Assembly: GCF_009914755.1 (NCBI RefSeq)
Contig: NC_060948.1
Length of the DNA stretch: 64,000 nt
From: the human T2T-CHM13v2.0 reference genome, Homo sapiens
Reading direction: 5' to 3' (one strand)
Below the pieces are notes generated by a model. It worked only from the letters and a program-made list of their open reading frames with translations, did no database searches and had not been told where the DNA came from. Numbering within the stretch: the stretch's first letter is position 1; the number at the start of each line of letters is the position of its first letter. Below, in pieces: positions 27,301 through 42,200 of this stretch. A program made the translations under genes and the position numbers.

Positions 27301-30300
27301 TAAATTTAATTCCAATCCTCTCCACTTCACTCCACTCCACTCCACTCCATCACAATTCACTCTCATACATTCCATCCAATTCCACTCCATTGCACTCCAT
27401 GCCTTTTCAACTATACTCCGTTTCATCCCTTCTCATCCCACTCCATTTCTCTCCTCTCCACTCTACTCCACGTCACTATTCTCCACTCCATTCCTCTCCA
27501 TTCCATTCCATTCCATTCCATTCCATTCCATTCCATTCCATTCCATTCCATTCCACTCCATTTCATTTCATTGCTTTCAGGCTGAAATGCAGCATTACAA
27601 TCTCAGCTAACATTTTATTTCACCATTACATTTGATTCCATTCCATTCTATTCAATTCCACTCCACTGCACTTCATTAACTCCACTCCATTTCGTACAGT
27701 TCCATTCCATTCCATTCCACTCCATTCCACTTCACTCCCCAACACTCCACTCCATTCCAATCCATCCCATACCATTCCACTCCATTCCGCACCACTCCCC
27801 TCCAGTCCACTGAACTCCATTCCATTCCATTCCATTCCATTCCATTCCACTCCATTCCACACCATTCTATTCCATTCCATTCCTTTCCTTCCACAGTATG
27901 TGTCATTCTATTCCATTCCATTCCTTTCCTTTGACAGTATGTGTCTCTGACACAAAGGCTGATGTGCAGTGGCCAAATCACAGCTCACATTTCATTTCAC
28001 CATTCCATTCCCTTCCATTCCATTGCATTCCATTCCATTTAATTCCATTCTTTTCCACTCCACTCCACTCCATGCCATGACATTCCATTACATTCCAGTC
28101 CAATGCAATCTATTCCACTCCACTCCACAACACTGTATTCCATTACATCCCTTCCCATTCCACTCCATTCCACTTGTCTCCACTCTAATCCACGCCACTC
28201 AACTCCTCTGTACTCTATCCCATTCCATGCCATTCCACTCCATTCCACTCCATTACATTCCCTTCCTTTTTGTAGACAGGATCGGACTCTTTCACTCAGG
28301 CTACAGTGCAGTGCCACACTCTCAGCTCACATTTCATTTCACCATTTCATTGCATTCCATTCCATTCCTTTCCATTTACTTCAAATCCATTACACTCCAC
28401 TCCACTCCACTCCACGCCATTTCATTCCATTACATTCCAGTACATTCTACTCCATTCCACTCCACTCCACGAGGCTATATTCCATTACATCCCATACCGT
28501 TCCACTCCATTCCACTCCTATCCAATCTACTCCATTCCACACCACTTCCTCTCCACGCTATTCCATTCCATTCCATTCCATTCCACTCTGTTCCTCTCCA
28601 TTCCCTTCCCTTCATTTTCGTAGACAGGATCTCACTCTTTCACTCAGGCTAGAATGCAGTGACACACTCTCAGCTCATATTTCGTTTCACCATTCCATTG
28701 AATTCCATTACATCCCATTCCATTTAATTCAAATCCATTCCACTCCACTCCACAGCATTCCATTCCATTACATTCCAGTGCATTCCACTCCATTCTACAT
28801 CCACTCCACTATGCTATATTCCATTTCATCCCGTCCCATTCCACTCCTCTCCACTCTACAGTACTGAACTACACTCCTATCCACTCCACTCCATTCCATT
28901 CCACTCCATTCCATTCCATTCCATTCCATTCCATTCCATTCCATTCCATTCCATTCCATTCCATTCCATTCCATTCCACTCCACTCCATTCCATTCCATT
29001 CCACTCCATTCCATTCCATTCCTTCCTTTCGACAACATCTCACTCTGTCATGCAGACTGGAGTGCAGTGGCACAATCTCAGCTCAGGTTTCATTTCGCCA
29101 TTCCATTCCCTTCCATTCCATTCCATTCCATTCCATTCCACTCAACTGCACTGCACTCCACTACATTCTATTCCATTCCATTCCATTCCATTCCATTCCA
29201 CTGCATCCCATTCCATTCCACTCTATTCCAAACCACTCCACTCCACTCCATTTCATTCCACACCACTCCACTCCACTTCATTGCATTCCATTCCAACCAA
29301 TTCCATTCCACTCCGTTACATTCCACTTCAGTCCACTCGATTCAATTCCATTCCATAGCATTTCTCTCCATTCCTTTCCATTCTTTCTTTCAACAAGATC
29401 TTACTCTGTCACAGGCTGGAGTGCAGTGGCCCAATCTTAGCTCACATTTCATTTCACCATTCCATTCCATTCGATTCCACTCAATTCCACTACACTCTAC
29501 TCAAGTCCACTCCACTCCATTCCATTCCATTCCACTGCCCTCCACTCCACTCCTCTCTTCTCCATTCCATCCAATTCCATTCCCCTCCTTTCCAACACAC
29601 TTCACTCCACTTCTCTCCATTCTGTGCCTTTCCATTCCATCACATTCCACTCCACTCCACTCCACTCCACTCCACTCCACTCCACTCCACTCCACTCCAC
29701 TCCATTCCATTCCATTCAATTCCAATACACACCATTACATTACTTTCATTTCTTTCGACAGGATCTCACTCTATCAACCAGGCTGGAATACAGTGGCACA
29801 ATCTCAGCTCACATTTCATTTAACCATTGCATTCCATTCCATTCCCTTTTGTTCCGTTCCATTCCGTTCCAATCAACTGCACTGCACTCCATTCCACTCC
29901 ACTCCAGTCCACTCCGCTCGACTTCACTCTGTTCCATTCCATTCCATTCCACTCCATTCCACACAACTGCACTCCACTCAAATCCTCTTCACTCTGTTCC
30001 ATTTCATCCCATTCCATTCCACTCCATTTGATTCCATTCCATTCCATTCCATTCCTTTCCATTCTGTTCCATTCCATTCCACTCCATTTCATTCCACTCC
30101 ATTCCATTCCATTCCACTCTATTCCATTCCATTCTGTTCCACTGCATTCAACTCCACTCCATTCCACTCCACTCAATTCGCTTCCTCCCCTCTACTCCAA
30201 TCCATTCATATAAACTGCATTCCATGCCATTCCCCTCGATTCCACTCCATTGCAATCCACTTCATTACACTCCCTCCATTCCACTCCACTGCACTCCATT

Positions 30301-33300
30301 TTATTCCACTATACTTCATTCCATTCAATTCTACTACAAATCATTCCATTCCTTTATTTCGACTGGATCTCACTTTATCGCTTGGACTGGAATGCAGAGG
30401 GACATTCTTAGTCGACATTTCATTTCCCTATTCCATTCCATTCCATTCCATTCCATTCCATTCTGTTGCATTCCATTCCATTCCACTCCATTCCACACAA
30501 CCCCACTCCACTCAAATCCTCTTCACTCTATTCCATTTTATCCCATTCCATTCCACTCCATTCGATTCCATTCCATTCCGTTTCATTCCTTTCCATTCTG
30601 TTCCATTCCATTCCACTCCATTTCATTCCACTCCATTCCATTCCATTCCATTCCACTCTATTCCATTCCATTCCATTCCACTCTGTTCCACTGCATTCCA
30701 CTCCACTCCATTCCACTCCACTAAATTCGCTTCCTCCCCTCTATTCCAATCCATTCATTTACACTGCATTCCATGCCATTCCCGTCCATTCCACTCCATT
30801 CCAATCCACTTCATTACACTCCTTCCATTCCACTCCACTGCACTCCATTTTATTCCACTATACTCCATTCCATTCAATTCTACTACAAATCATTCCATTC
30901 CTTTATTTCGACTGGATCTCACTTTATCACTTGGACTGGAATGCAGAGGCACATTCTTAGCCGACATTTCATTTCACTAGTCCATTCCATTCCATTCCAT
31001 TCCATTCCATTCCATTCCATTCCATTCCGTTGCATTCCATTCCATTCCAATGCATTCCATTCCATTCCCTTCCATCAATTCCGTTCCCTTCCATTCCATT
31101 CCACTGCACTCTGATCATCTCCACTCAACTCCATTCCACTCCACTCCACTCCACTTTGTTCTGTTCAGATCCATTCCATTCCATTTCATTCCATTCCAGG
31201 CCATTCCTCTCCATTCAACTCCACTCCATTGCATTCCATTCCACGCCACTCCACTCCCTTCCCCTCCACTCCATTCCACTCCATTCCATTCCAATTCACT
31301 CCTCTTCATTTTATTCCAATGCACTCGACTCCATTCCACTCCAGTCCACTCCACTCCATTCCATTCCATTCCATTCCGTTCCATACCACTGAACTCCAAT
31401 CCACTCCACTCAAATCCACTCCACTCCACTCCTCTCCACTCCATTGTATTCCGTTCCGTTTCGTTCCATTCTTTTCCATTTCACTCCACTTCATTGCACT
31501 CCATTCCATTCCATTCCACTCCATTTCATTAAATTCCTTTCAAATCGATTCCACTCCATTCCACTGAATTCCATTCCTCTCTATTCCACTTCATTCCATT
31601 CCACTCGATTCCATTCCACTCCATTCCACCCTACACCACTCCATTCCACCTCAGTCCATTCCACTCAAGTGCACTAAACTCCCCTCCACTCCACTCCATT
31701 CCATTCAATTCTATTCCATTCTATTCCACTGCACTATGATCCACTCTAATCTACTCCTCTCCACACTACTCTACACCTTTCCATTCCTTTCCTTTCTGTT
31801 CCGATCCTTTCCATTCCATTCCACTCCATTCTATTACACGCCACTCCATTCCACTTCATTCCATTTCACTCCATTCCACTTCAATCCATTCCAATCCACT
31901 CCACTACCATCCACTCCACTCCACTCCATTCTATTACACTCCATTCATTTCCATTCCACTCAATTCCATTCCATTCCGTTCCACTCCATTCCACTCCACT
32001 CCATTCCACTCCACTGCATTCCACTGTATTCCACTCCACTCCCCTCCACTCAATTCCTTTGAATTAAACTCCATTCCATTGCATTCCATTACACTTCATT
32101 CAACTTCATTCCACGCCACTCCATGCCACTACACTCCTTTCCAATCCTCTCCATTCCGTTGAACTCCACTCCATTCCAGTGCACTCCATTCCATTCCATT
32201 CCATTCCATTCAACTCCATTCCATTCCATTCCATTCCATTCCATTCCATTCCATTCCATTCCATTCCATTATTTTGCCTGGATCTCACTCTGTCACCCAG
32301 AATGGAGTACAGTGGCACAATCATAGCTCACGTTTCTTTTCACCGTTCGATTCCAATTTTTGCATTCCAATCCATTCCATTCCATACCATTGCATTGCAT
32401 TCCACTCCATTCCACTCCATTCCATTCCAATGCTCTCGGATCCCCTCAACTCAAACCCACCCCACTGCACTCCACTCCACGACGTTTGATCCATTCAATT
32501 CCATTCTGTTCCATTCCCTTCCATTGCATTCCACTCCATTCTATTGCAATCCAATCCATTCCATTCCACTCTATTCCACTCCACTCCACTCCATTGCACT
32601 CAACTCCACTTCACACCACTCCAGTCCACTCCATTGCATTCCTTTCCTTTCCATTCCTCTCCACTCTACTCCAATCCACTCCACCATATTCCATTCAATT
32701 CCATTCCACTGCACTCCGATCATTTCGTCTCAACTCCACTCCACTCGACTCCATTCCGTTCCATTCCATTCCATTCTGTTCTCTTCCATTCTATTCCACT
32801 CAATTCCATTCCACCCCCCTCCATTCCACTGCACTCCATTTCTGTCCATTCCTATCCACTTCAATCCACTCCACTTGTCTCAATTCCATTCCAATCCCTT
32901 CCATTCCATTCCGTTACATTCCATTCCATTCTTTCCACGCCATTCCACTCCGTTCCACTCCACTCCATTCCACTCCATTGCACTCCACTCCATTCCACTC
33001 ATCTCCATTCCACTCCAATCCACTTCATTCCACTCCATTCCATTCCACTCCATTCCATTCCATTCCATTCCACTCCATTCTACTCCATTCCACTCCTTTC
33101 CACTCCATTCCACTCCTTTCCACTCCATTGTACTCCATTCCATTCCACTCCACTCCATTCCATTCCATTCCACTCCTTTCCGTTTCATTCCGTTATTTTG
33201 ATTGGATATCTTTCTGTCACCCAGACTGGAGTGCAGTGGCACAGTCGTAGCTCACATTTCTTTTCACCATTCGATTCCATTCCTATGCATTCGAATCCAT

Positions 33301-34240
33301 TCTATTCCATTCCATTCCGTTCCTTTCCATTAAATTATTTTCCATTCCTTTCCATTCCATTCCACGCCACTCCATTCCATTCCACTCCACTCCACTCCAT
33401 TTCCTTCCATTCCATTCCACGCCATTCTACTCCACTCCATTCCATTCGTTTCCTTTCCTTTGCATTGCATTCCACTGCACTCTGATGCACTCCACTAAAC
33501 TCCAGTCCACTCTCCTCCACTCCACTTCGCTCCATTCTATGCCATTCTGTTCCGTTTCGTTCAGTTGCATTCCATTCCAGTCCACTCAATTCCACTCCAC
33601 TCCATTTCACTCCATTGCATTCCATTCCACTGCATTCCATGCCTTTCCATTCTGCTCCATTCTACTCCATTCCACTGCACTCCATTCCACTGCACTCCAT
33701 GCCACTCCACTCCACTCCATTCCACTTCATTCCATAGCACTCCACTCCATTCCATTCCATTCTACTACATTCCATTCCATTCCTTTATTTTGATGGGATC
33801 TCACTCTGACAACGAGAACGGAATGCAGTGGCCCAATCTTAGCTCACATTTCATTAACCATTCCACTCCTCTTCACTCCATTCCATTCTACTCCATTCCA
33901 TTTCATTCCTTTATTTGGACGGAATCTCACTCTCTCACACAGACTGCAGTGTCGTGTCCCAATCTTAGCTCACATTTCATTAACCATAGCATTTCTTTCC
34001 ATTCCATTCCATTCCATTCCATTCCATTCCATTCCATTCCATTCCATTCCATTTCATTCCATTCCACTGCACTCCGATCCACTCTTCTGAACTCCACTAT
34101 ACTCCACTCTGCTCTAGATATTTCCATTCCGTTCCATTCCGTTGCGTTGCAGTCCATTCCACTCTACTTCATTACATTCCACTTCATTACACTCCATTCC
34201 TCTCCACTTCACTCCATTCCCCTCCTTTCCACTACATTCC
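21310..34240 (+). repeat. Copy 1 of a ~12-13 kb segment duplicated ~20-21 kb downstream
   Basis: Collinear cassette pairs: 22171/43043, 23729/44600, 24126/44997, 26003/46306, 28275/48564, 29757/49990, 32276/52005, 33918/53763. Shared unique text 'tgctctcggatcccctcaactcaaacccac' occurs at 32431 and 52161. Confidence 0.9.
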
Positions 34241-37200
34241 GTTACATTCCATTCCATTCCACTCTATTACACTCCACTCTACTCCACTATTCTATACTCC
34301 ATCCCATTCCATCCCATTCAATTCCAATCCACTCCACTCCAGTATACTCAACTGCGTTCCCTCCCATCCCATTCCACGCCATTCGACTGAAATGCACAGC
34401 ACTCCACTCCACACAACTCCACTCAATTCCATTCCATTTCATTCCATTCCATTCTATTCCACTCCACTCCATTCCATTCCACTCCACTCCATTCCATTCC
34501 ATTCCTTTCCATTCCATTCCATTACTTTCTGTCCAGAAAATCTCACTCTCACACTGGCTGTAGTGCAGTGTTGCACTTTCAGCTCACATTTCATTTCAGC
34601 ATTTCTTTCCACTCCTTTCCACTCCACTCCACTCCACTCCATTCCATCCCATTGCATTCCACTCCATTCCACTCCACTTCACTGCAGTCCACTCCACTCC
34701 ATTCCATTCCACTCCCTACCATTCCATTCCCCTCCAATGCACTCCACTCCAGTCAACTCATCTCCACTTCATTACAATCCATTCCACTCTATTACATTCC
34801 ATTCCTTTTTTTCAAAAGTATCTCACTCTGTCCCTCAGGCTGGAGTGCAGTGGCACAATTTCAACTCACATTTCATTTCACTATTCCATTGCATTTCCTT
34901 TCATTGCCTTCCATTTAATTGCAATCCACTCCACGCCATTCCATTCCATTCCACTCCACTCCATTTCATTCCATTCCACTCCATTCCACTAAACTCTACT
35001 CCACTTCATTCCATTCCATGCCGTCCCATTTCACTCCATTCCACTCCTCTCCACTCTGCTCCACTAAACTCCACTGTACTCCTCTCCAATCCATTCCTTT
35101 CCATTTCCTTCCATTCCATTTTATTACATTCCATCTGTTCCTTTCAACAGCATCTCACACTCAACCAGGCTGGAGTGTAATGACACAATCTCTGCTCACA
35201 TTTCATTTTACCATTGCATTCCATTCCATTCCTTTCCATTCCATTCCATTCTACTCTACTGCACTCCACTTCACTCCACTCCAGTCCATTCCATTCCATT
35301 TCACTCCATTCCACTCCATTTAATTCCATTACATTACATTCCACTCCATTCCATTCCTTTCTTTCGAGAGGATCTCACTCTGTCACAAAGACTGCACTGC
35401 AGTGACCAATATCAGCTCGTATTTCGTTTCACCATTCCACTCCATTCCATTCCATTCCATTCCATTCCATTCCATTCCATTCCATTCCATTCCATTCCAC
35501 TCCAATCCACTCCAATCTACTCCATTCCATTCCATCCAATTCCATGCCACTCCACTCCATTCCACTCCACTCCACTCCACTCCAGTCCACTCCATTCCAC
35601 TCCATCCCATTCCATTCCAATCCATTCCACTCCAGTCAACTCCACTCTGCTCCATTCTATCCCATTCCATTCCATTCCATTCCACTCACTTCCATTCCAT
35701 TCCACACCTTCCATTTGATTCCTTTCTTTTGAAAGGATCTCTTTCTCTCACCCAGGCTGGAGTGTAGTGGCACAATCTGAGCTCAGATTACATTTCACCA
35801 TGCTATTCCATTGCATTCCATTGCACTCCATTCCATGGTATTCCGTTCCATTGCATTCCGTTGCATTCCATTACATTCCATACCATTCCATTGTATTCCA
35901 TTGCATTTCATTCCATTCCATTTCATTCCATTCCTTTCCACTCTTTTCCATTCCATTCCATTCCATTCAACTCCACTCCATTACACTCCTCTCCACTCCA
36001 CTCCAATCCATTCCATTCCACTCCCTTACATTCCATTCCTTTCTTTCGACAGAATCTCACTCCCTCACCCATGCTGGAGTGCAGTGGCACAATCTCATCT
36101 CACATTTCATTTCACAGTTCTATTCCATTACATTCCGTTGCATTCCATTAATTGTATTGCATTCCATTCCATTTCATTCAATTCCATTCCACTACATTCC
36201 ATTCAACTCCAATACATTCCACTCCATTCCATTCCATTCCATTCCATTCCATTCCTTCCTATTCCTTTCCACTCTTGTCCACTCCGCTGCACTCCACTTG
36301 ACTCCGCTGCACTCCACTACTCTCCACTCCATTCCAATCCCCTCCATCCCATTGTATTCCACTTCATTCCCCTCCACTCCACTCTACTCCACTTCTGTCC
36401 ACTTGACTTCACTCCACTCCATTCCATTACACTCCATTGAATTCCATTCCTTTCTTTCACCAGGATCTCATTCTCTCACCCTGCTTGCAGTGCAGTGGAA
36501 CAATCTCAGATCGCATTTCATTTCACCTTTCCATTCTATTCCATTCCATTCCACTTCATTCCATTCCATTCCACTCTGCTCCATTCCACTCCACTCCACT
36601 GCACTCCGTTCATTTCCATTCCAATCCGCTCCACTCCATTCCATTCCGTTCCTTTCTTTCGACAGGATCTCACTCTCTCACACAGGTTAAAGTGCAGTGG
36701 CAAAACTTAAGTTCATATTTCATTTCACCATTCCATTCCATTCCACTCCACTCCACTCAATTCCCTTCCATTCCACTCCATTCCACTTCACTCCAGTCCA
36801 CTCCATTCAGTTACATTCCATTTCATCCCACTCCTATCCATTCCATTCCTTTCTTTCGACAGGATCTCATTCTGTCACCCAGCCTATAGAGCAGTGGCAC
36901 AATATCAGCTCACATTTAATTTCATCATTCCCTTACATTGCATTCCATTCAATTCCATACTATTCCATACCATTCCATTCCAATCTGCTGCATTTCATTC
37001 CATTCCATTCCACTTCACTCTACTCCACTACTCTACACTCCATCCCATTCCATCCCATTCAATTCCACTCCACTCCACTCTATTGCATTCCCTCTCATCC
37101 CATTCCAAGCCATTCCACTCAAATCCACACTACTCCACTCCACTCTACTCCACTCCATTCCATTCCATTCCATTCCATTGCATTCCATTCCATTCCATTC

Positions 37201-37459
37201 CATTACTTTCTGTCGAGAAAATCTCACTCTGTCACACTGGCTGTAGTGCAGTGTTGCACTTTCAGCTCACATTTCATTTCACCTTTCCTTTCTATTCCAT
37301 TCCACTCCACTCCACTCCACTCCACTCCATTCTATGCCATTGCATTCCACTGCATTCCACTCCACTTCACTGCACTCCACTCTACTCCATTCCATTTCAC
37401 TCCCTACCATTCCATTCCCCTCCACTCCACTCCACTCCAGTCAACTCCTCTCCACTCCC

Positions 37460-40400
37460 TTCCATTCCATTCCATTCCATTCCATTCCATTCCATTCCAT
37501 TCCATTCCACTCAACTGCACTGAATTCCACTCCACTCCACTCCCTTCCATTCCATTCCATTCCATTCCATTCATTCCATTCCACAACATTCCAGTCCATT
37601 CCATTCCATTCCACTCCATTCCATTCCATTCCATTCCACTCCATCCCATTCCATTCAACTCTTTTCCACACGACTCCACTCCACTCCAATCCATTCCACA
37701 ACACTCCACTCCAATCCACTCCATTCCATTCCTTTCCATTTGATCCCATTCCATCCCACTCTGTTCCACTCCACTCTACTCCATTCCATTCCATTCCATT
37801 CCATTCCATTCCATTCCATTCCATTCCATTCCATTCCACTCCATTCCATTCAATTCTTTCCTTGGACAGGATCTCACTCTGTCACACAGGCTGGATTGCA
37901 GTTGCACAATCTCAGCTTACATTTCATTTCACCATTACATTCCTTTCCACTTTATTCCACTCCACTCCACTCACGTTCACTTCACTCATTTCCATTCCTT
38001 TCCACTGCACTCCACTCCACTCTTCTACCCTGCATTCCATGCCCTTCCATTCCACTCCACTCCACTCCATTCCATTCCATTCCATTCCATTCCAATACAC
38101 TCCAGTACATCACACACTTTTCATTCGACAATATCTCACTTTGTCCCCCGGGCTGGAATGGAGTGGCACAATCACAGCTCACCTTACATTTAACCATTCC
38201 ATTCCATTCCATTACATTTCAGTGCATAACATTGTATTCCATTAGGTAACATTCCGTTCAGTTCTCTTCCACGCCACTCCATTCCACTCCACTCCACTCC
38301 AGTCCACTCCAATCAACTTCATTCCATTCCATTCCATCCCATTTCACTCCATTCAAAACCACTCCACTCCACTCCATTCCACTCCATTCCTTTCCTTTCC
38401 AGTCCATTCCATTCCATTCCATTCCATTCCATTCCATTAAACTCCTTTCTATTCCATTGCCTACTTTCGACAGAGTCTCACTCTTTGACACAGGCTTGAT
38501 TTCAGTAGCAGAATCTTACCTCACATTTCATTTCACCATACCATTCCACTGCATTCCCCTCCACTTCACTCCAGTCCACTCCACTCCACACCATTCCACG
38601 CCATTCCACTCCATATCATTCCACTCCATTTCATTCCATTCCTTTGTTTCAACAGGATCTCACTCTGTCACCCGGGCTGGAGTGCAGAGTCCCAATCTCA
38701 ACTCACTTTTCATTAAACTGTTCCATTCCATTCTATTGCTTTCCATTCTATTCCAGTTCATTCCATTCCTTTTCATTGAATTCCATTCCATTTCATTCTA
38801 TTAAATTCCATTCCACTCCACTCCACTCCGTTGCATTCCATTCCACTCAACTACACTCCACTCCACTCCAATCCACTCCATTCCATTCCATCCCCTTCCA
38901 CTCCACTCCACTCCATTCCTCCCAATCCCATTCCATTCCACTCTCTTCCAGTCCACTCCACTCCACTCCACTCCACTACAATCCATTCCATTCCATTACA
39001 CTCCATTCCTCTCTTTGCCATTCCACTCTGTTCTTTCGACAGGATCTCACTTTATCACCAAGGCTGGAGTAACGTGGCATAATCTCAGCTCGCATTTCAT
39101 TTCAACATTCCATTGCATTCCATTACAATGCATTCCACTCCATTCCATTTCATTCCATTCCATTCCACTCCACTCCACTCCACTCTGCCTCATTCCATTC
39201 CATTCCATTTCACTCCATTCCACGCCAATCTACTCCACTCCCCTCCACTCCATTGTATTCCATTCCACTCCCTTCCATGCCATTCCTTTCTTTCAACAGG
39301 ATCTCACTCTGTCACCCAGGATGGAGTGCAGTGGCAAAACCTCAGCTCACATTTCGTTTCACCATTCCTTTCCATTCCATTTAATTCCATTCCATTACCC
39401 TCCACTCCATTCCAGTCCACTCCACTCTGCCCAATTACACTCCAGTCCACTCCACTCCAATCTAGTACAATCCACTCTATTCCACTCAATCCCTTTCCAT
39501 TCCATGGAATTCCAATCCACTCCACTCCACTCCTCTCCATTGCATTCCATCATATTCTATTCCACTCCATTGCAGTCCACTCCACTCCACTCCTCTCCAT
39601 TCCATTCCATTCCATTCCATTCCATTCCTTTCCATTCCATTTTGCTCCATTCTCTTACATTACATTCCATTTATTCCCAATACATTGCACTGCACTCCTC
39701 TCCACTCCACTCCATGTCATTCCATTCCATTACATTCCAGTCCATTCCACTCCATTCCACTACACTCCAATCCAATTTGTTCCATTACATCCCGTTTCAT
39801 TTCACTCCATTCCACTCCTCTCCACTCTACTCCATTCCACTCCTCTCCACGCTATTCCACTCGATTCCATTTCATTCTTTTCCATTCCATTCAATTCCAT
39901 TCCACTCCAATCCACTGCACTCCAATCCATTCCATTCCACTCCATCCCATTTAATTCCACTCCATTCCACTCCAGTCCACTCCATTCCGTGCCATTCTAT
40001 CCAATTCCGTTCTATTTTGTTCCATTCCATTCAATTCTAGTCCATTACTTTGAATTCTTTTCTTTTGAAATGATTTCACTCATTCACACAGGCTGGAGTG
40101 CAGTGGGAATATATGAGCTCACACTTCATTTCACCATTCCATTGCACTCCATTCCACTCCACTCCACTCCACCCCACTCCACTCCATTAAATCCCAATCC
40201 ATTCCATTCCACTCCATCCCATTTGATTCCACACCACTACACTCCACTACACTACACTCCCTGCCATTCCATCCCATTTCTCTCCATTCCATTCCATTCC
40301 ATTAGATTCCATTCCACTCCATTGCATTCCATTCCTTTATTTCGACAGTATCTCACTCTGTCACACAGGCAGGAGTGCAGTGGCACAATATCAGCTCACA

Positions 40401-42200
40401 TTTCATTTCACCGTTTCATTTCACTCCATTCCACTCCATTCCACCACACCACAGCACCCTCCACTCCACTCCACTCCATTAAATCCCAATCCATTCCATT
40501 CCACTCCATTCCATTCCATTCTTTGTTTTCTTTCGACAGGATCTCACTCTGTCACGCAGGGTGGAGTGCAGTGGCACAATCTCAGCTGACATTTCATTTC
40601 AATATTCCATCTCATTCCATTCCATTTCACTCTACTCCACTCCACTCCACTCTATTTCATTCCGTTACATTCCACTCCACTCCTTTCCATAAGTTTCCTT
40701 TCTTTTGACAGGATCTCACTCTATCAAACAGGCTGGAGTGTAGTGGCACAATTTCACCTCAAATTTCACTTCACCCTTCCGTTCCGTTGCATTCCATTCC
40801 ATTCTATTCCATTCCATTCAATTCCTTTCCATTCCATTCCATTATACTCCATTCCACTCATCTCCACTCCATTGCTTTCCATTCCACTCCACTTCACTCC
40901 ACTCCTTTCAACTCCACTACATTACATCCCATTCTGTCCTACTCCATTCCACTCCACTCCACTCCAATCTACTCAATTCCATTTCCTTACATCACATTCC
41001 ATTCCATTCAATTCCATTCCACTCCACTCCAATCCACTCAACTGAACTTTCTATTCCATTCCATTCAATTCCATTCTATTCCACTCCACTCAATCCAATT
41101 CACTCCATTCCATTCCATTCCATTTCATTCCACTCCACTCCACACCACTCCACTCCACTCCATTCCATGCCATTCCATCCAATTCCATTCTATTCCGTTC
41201 AATTCCAATCCATTCCTGTCCATTCCATTCATTTCGTTTCTTTTTAAATGATCTCCCTCAGTCACACAGGCTGGAGTTCGGTGGGAAAATCTGAGCTTCA
41301 TTTCATTTCACCATTCCATTGCACTCCATTCTACTCCATTCCACTCCACCCCACTCCACTCCATTCCATTCCATTCCATCCCAATCCATTACATTCCACT
41401 CCATTTCATTCCTTTCTTTTCTTTCATAAGGATATCAGTTTTTCACGCAGGGTGAAGTGGAGTGGCACAATCTCAGTTCACATTTTATTTCAACTTTCCA
41501 CTCTGTAGCATTCCATTGCAGTCCGTTTCTTTCCATTCCTTTATTTTACAGGATCTCACTCTGTCACTCCGGGTGGAGTGCAGTCGCATAATCTCAGCTC
41601 ACATTACATTTCAGCATTGCATTCCATTCCATTCCACTCCATTCCATTCCATTCGTTTCCATTCAGTTCCGCTCTACTCCACTCCACTGCATTTCATTTC
41701 ATACCATTCCATTCCACTCCACTTCACTCTAATCCACTCAATTCCATTCCATCCCATGACATTCCTCTCCACTAAACTCCACTCCATTCCATTCCCCTCC
41801 ATCCCGTTTCATTCCACACAACTACACTCCACTACACTCCATTTCCTGCCATTCCACCCCATTTCATTCCACTCCAATCCATTCCATTTGATTCCATTCC
41901 ACTCCATTGCATTACATTCCTTTTTTTTTCCGACAGTATCTCACTCGGTCACACAGGCTGTTGTGCAGTGGCACAATCTCAGCTCACAATTCATTTCACC
42001 ATTTCATTTCACTCCATACCACTCTACTACACTGCACCACAATCCACTCCACTCCACTCCACTCCTTCCACTCCATTTAATCCAAATCCATTCCATTCCA
42101 CTCCATTCCATTCCATTCCTTTGCTTTCTTTCAATAGGATCTCACTCTGTCACACAGGGTGGAGTGTAGTGGCATAATCTCAGCTCACATTTCATTTCAA
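37460..42200 (+). repeat. Further (chimeric) copy of the 3.2-kb unit plus one 1.3-kb unit
   Basis: Cassettes 37865-40067 match 1935-4167 variants, 40344-40707 match the 7754-8123 / 18275-18659 variants, and 41245-42133 match 8651-9539. Confidence 0.85.
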
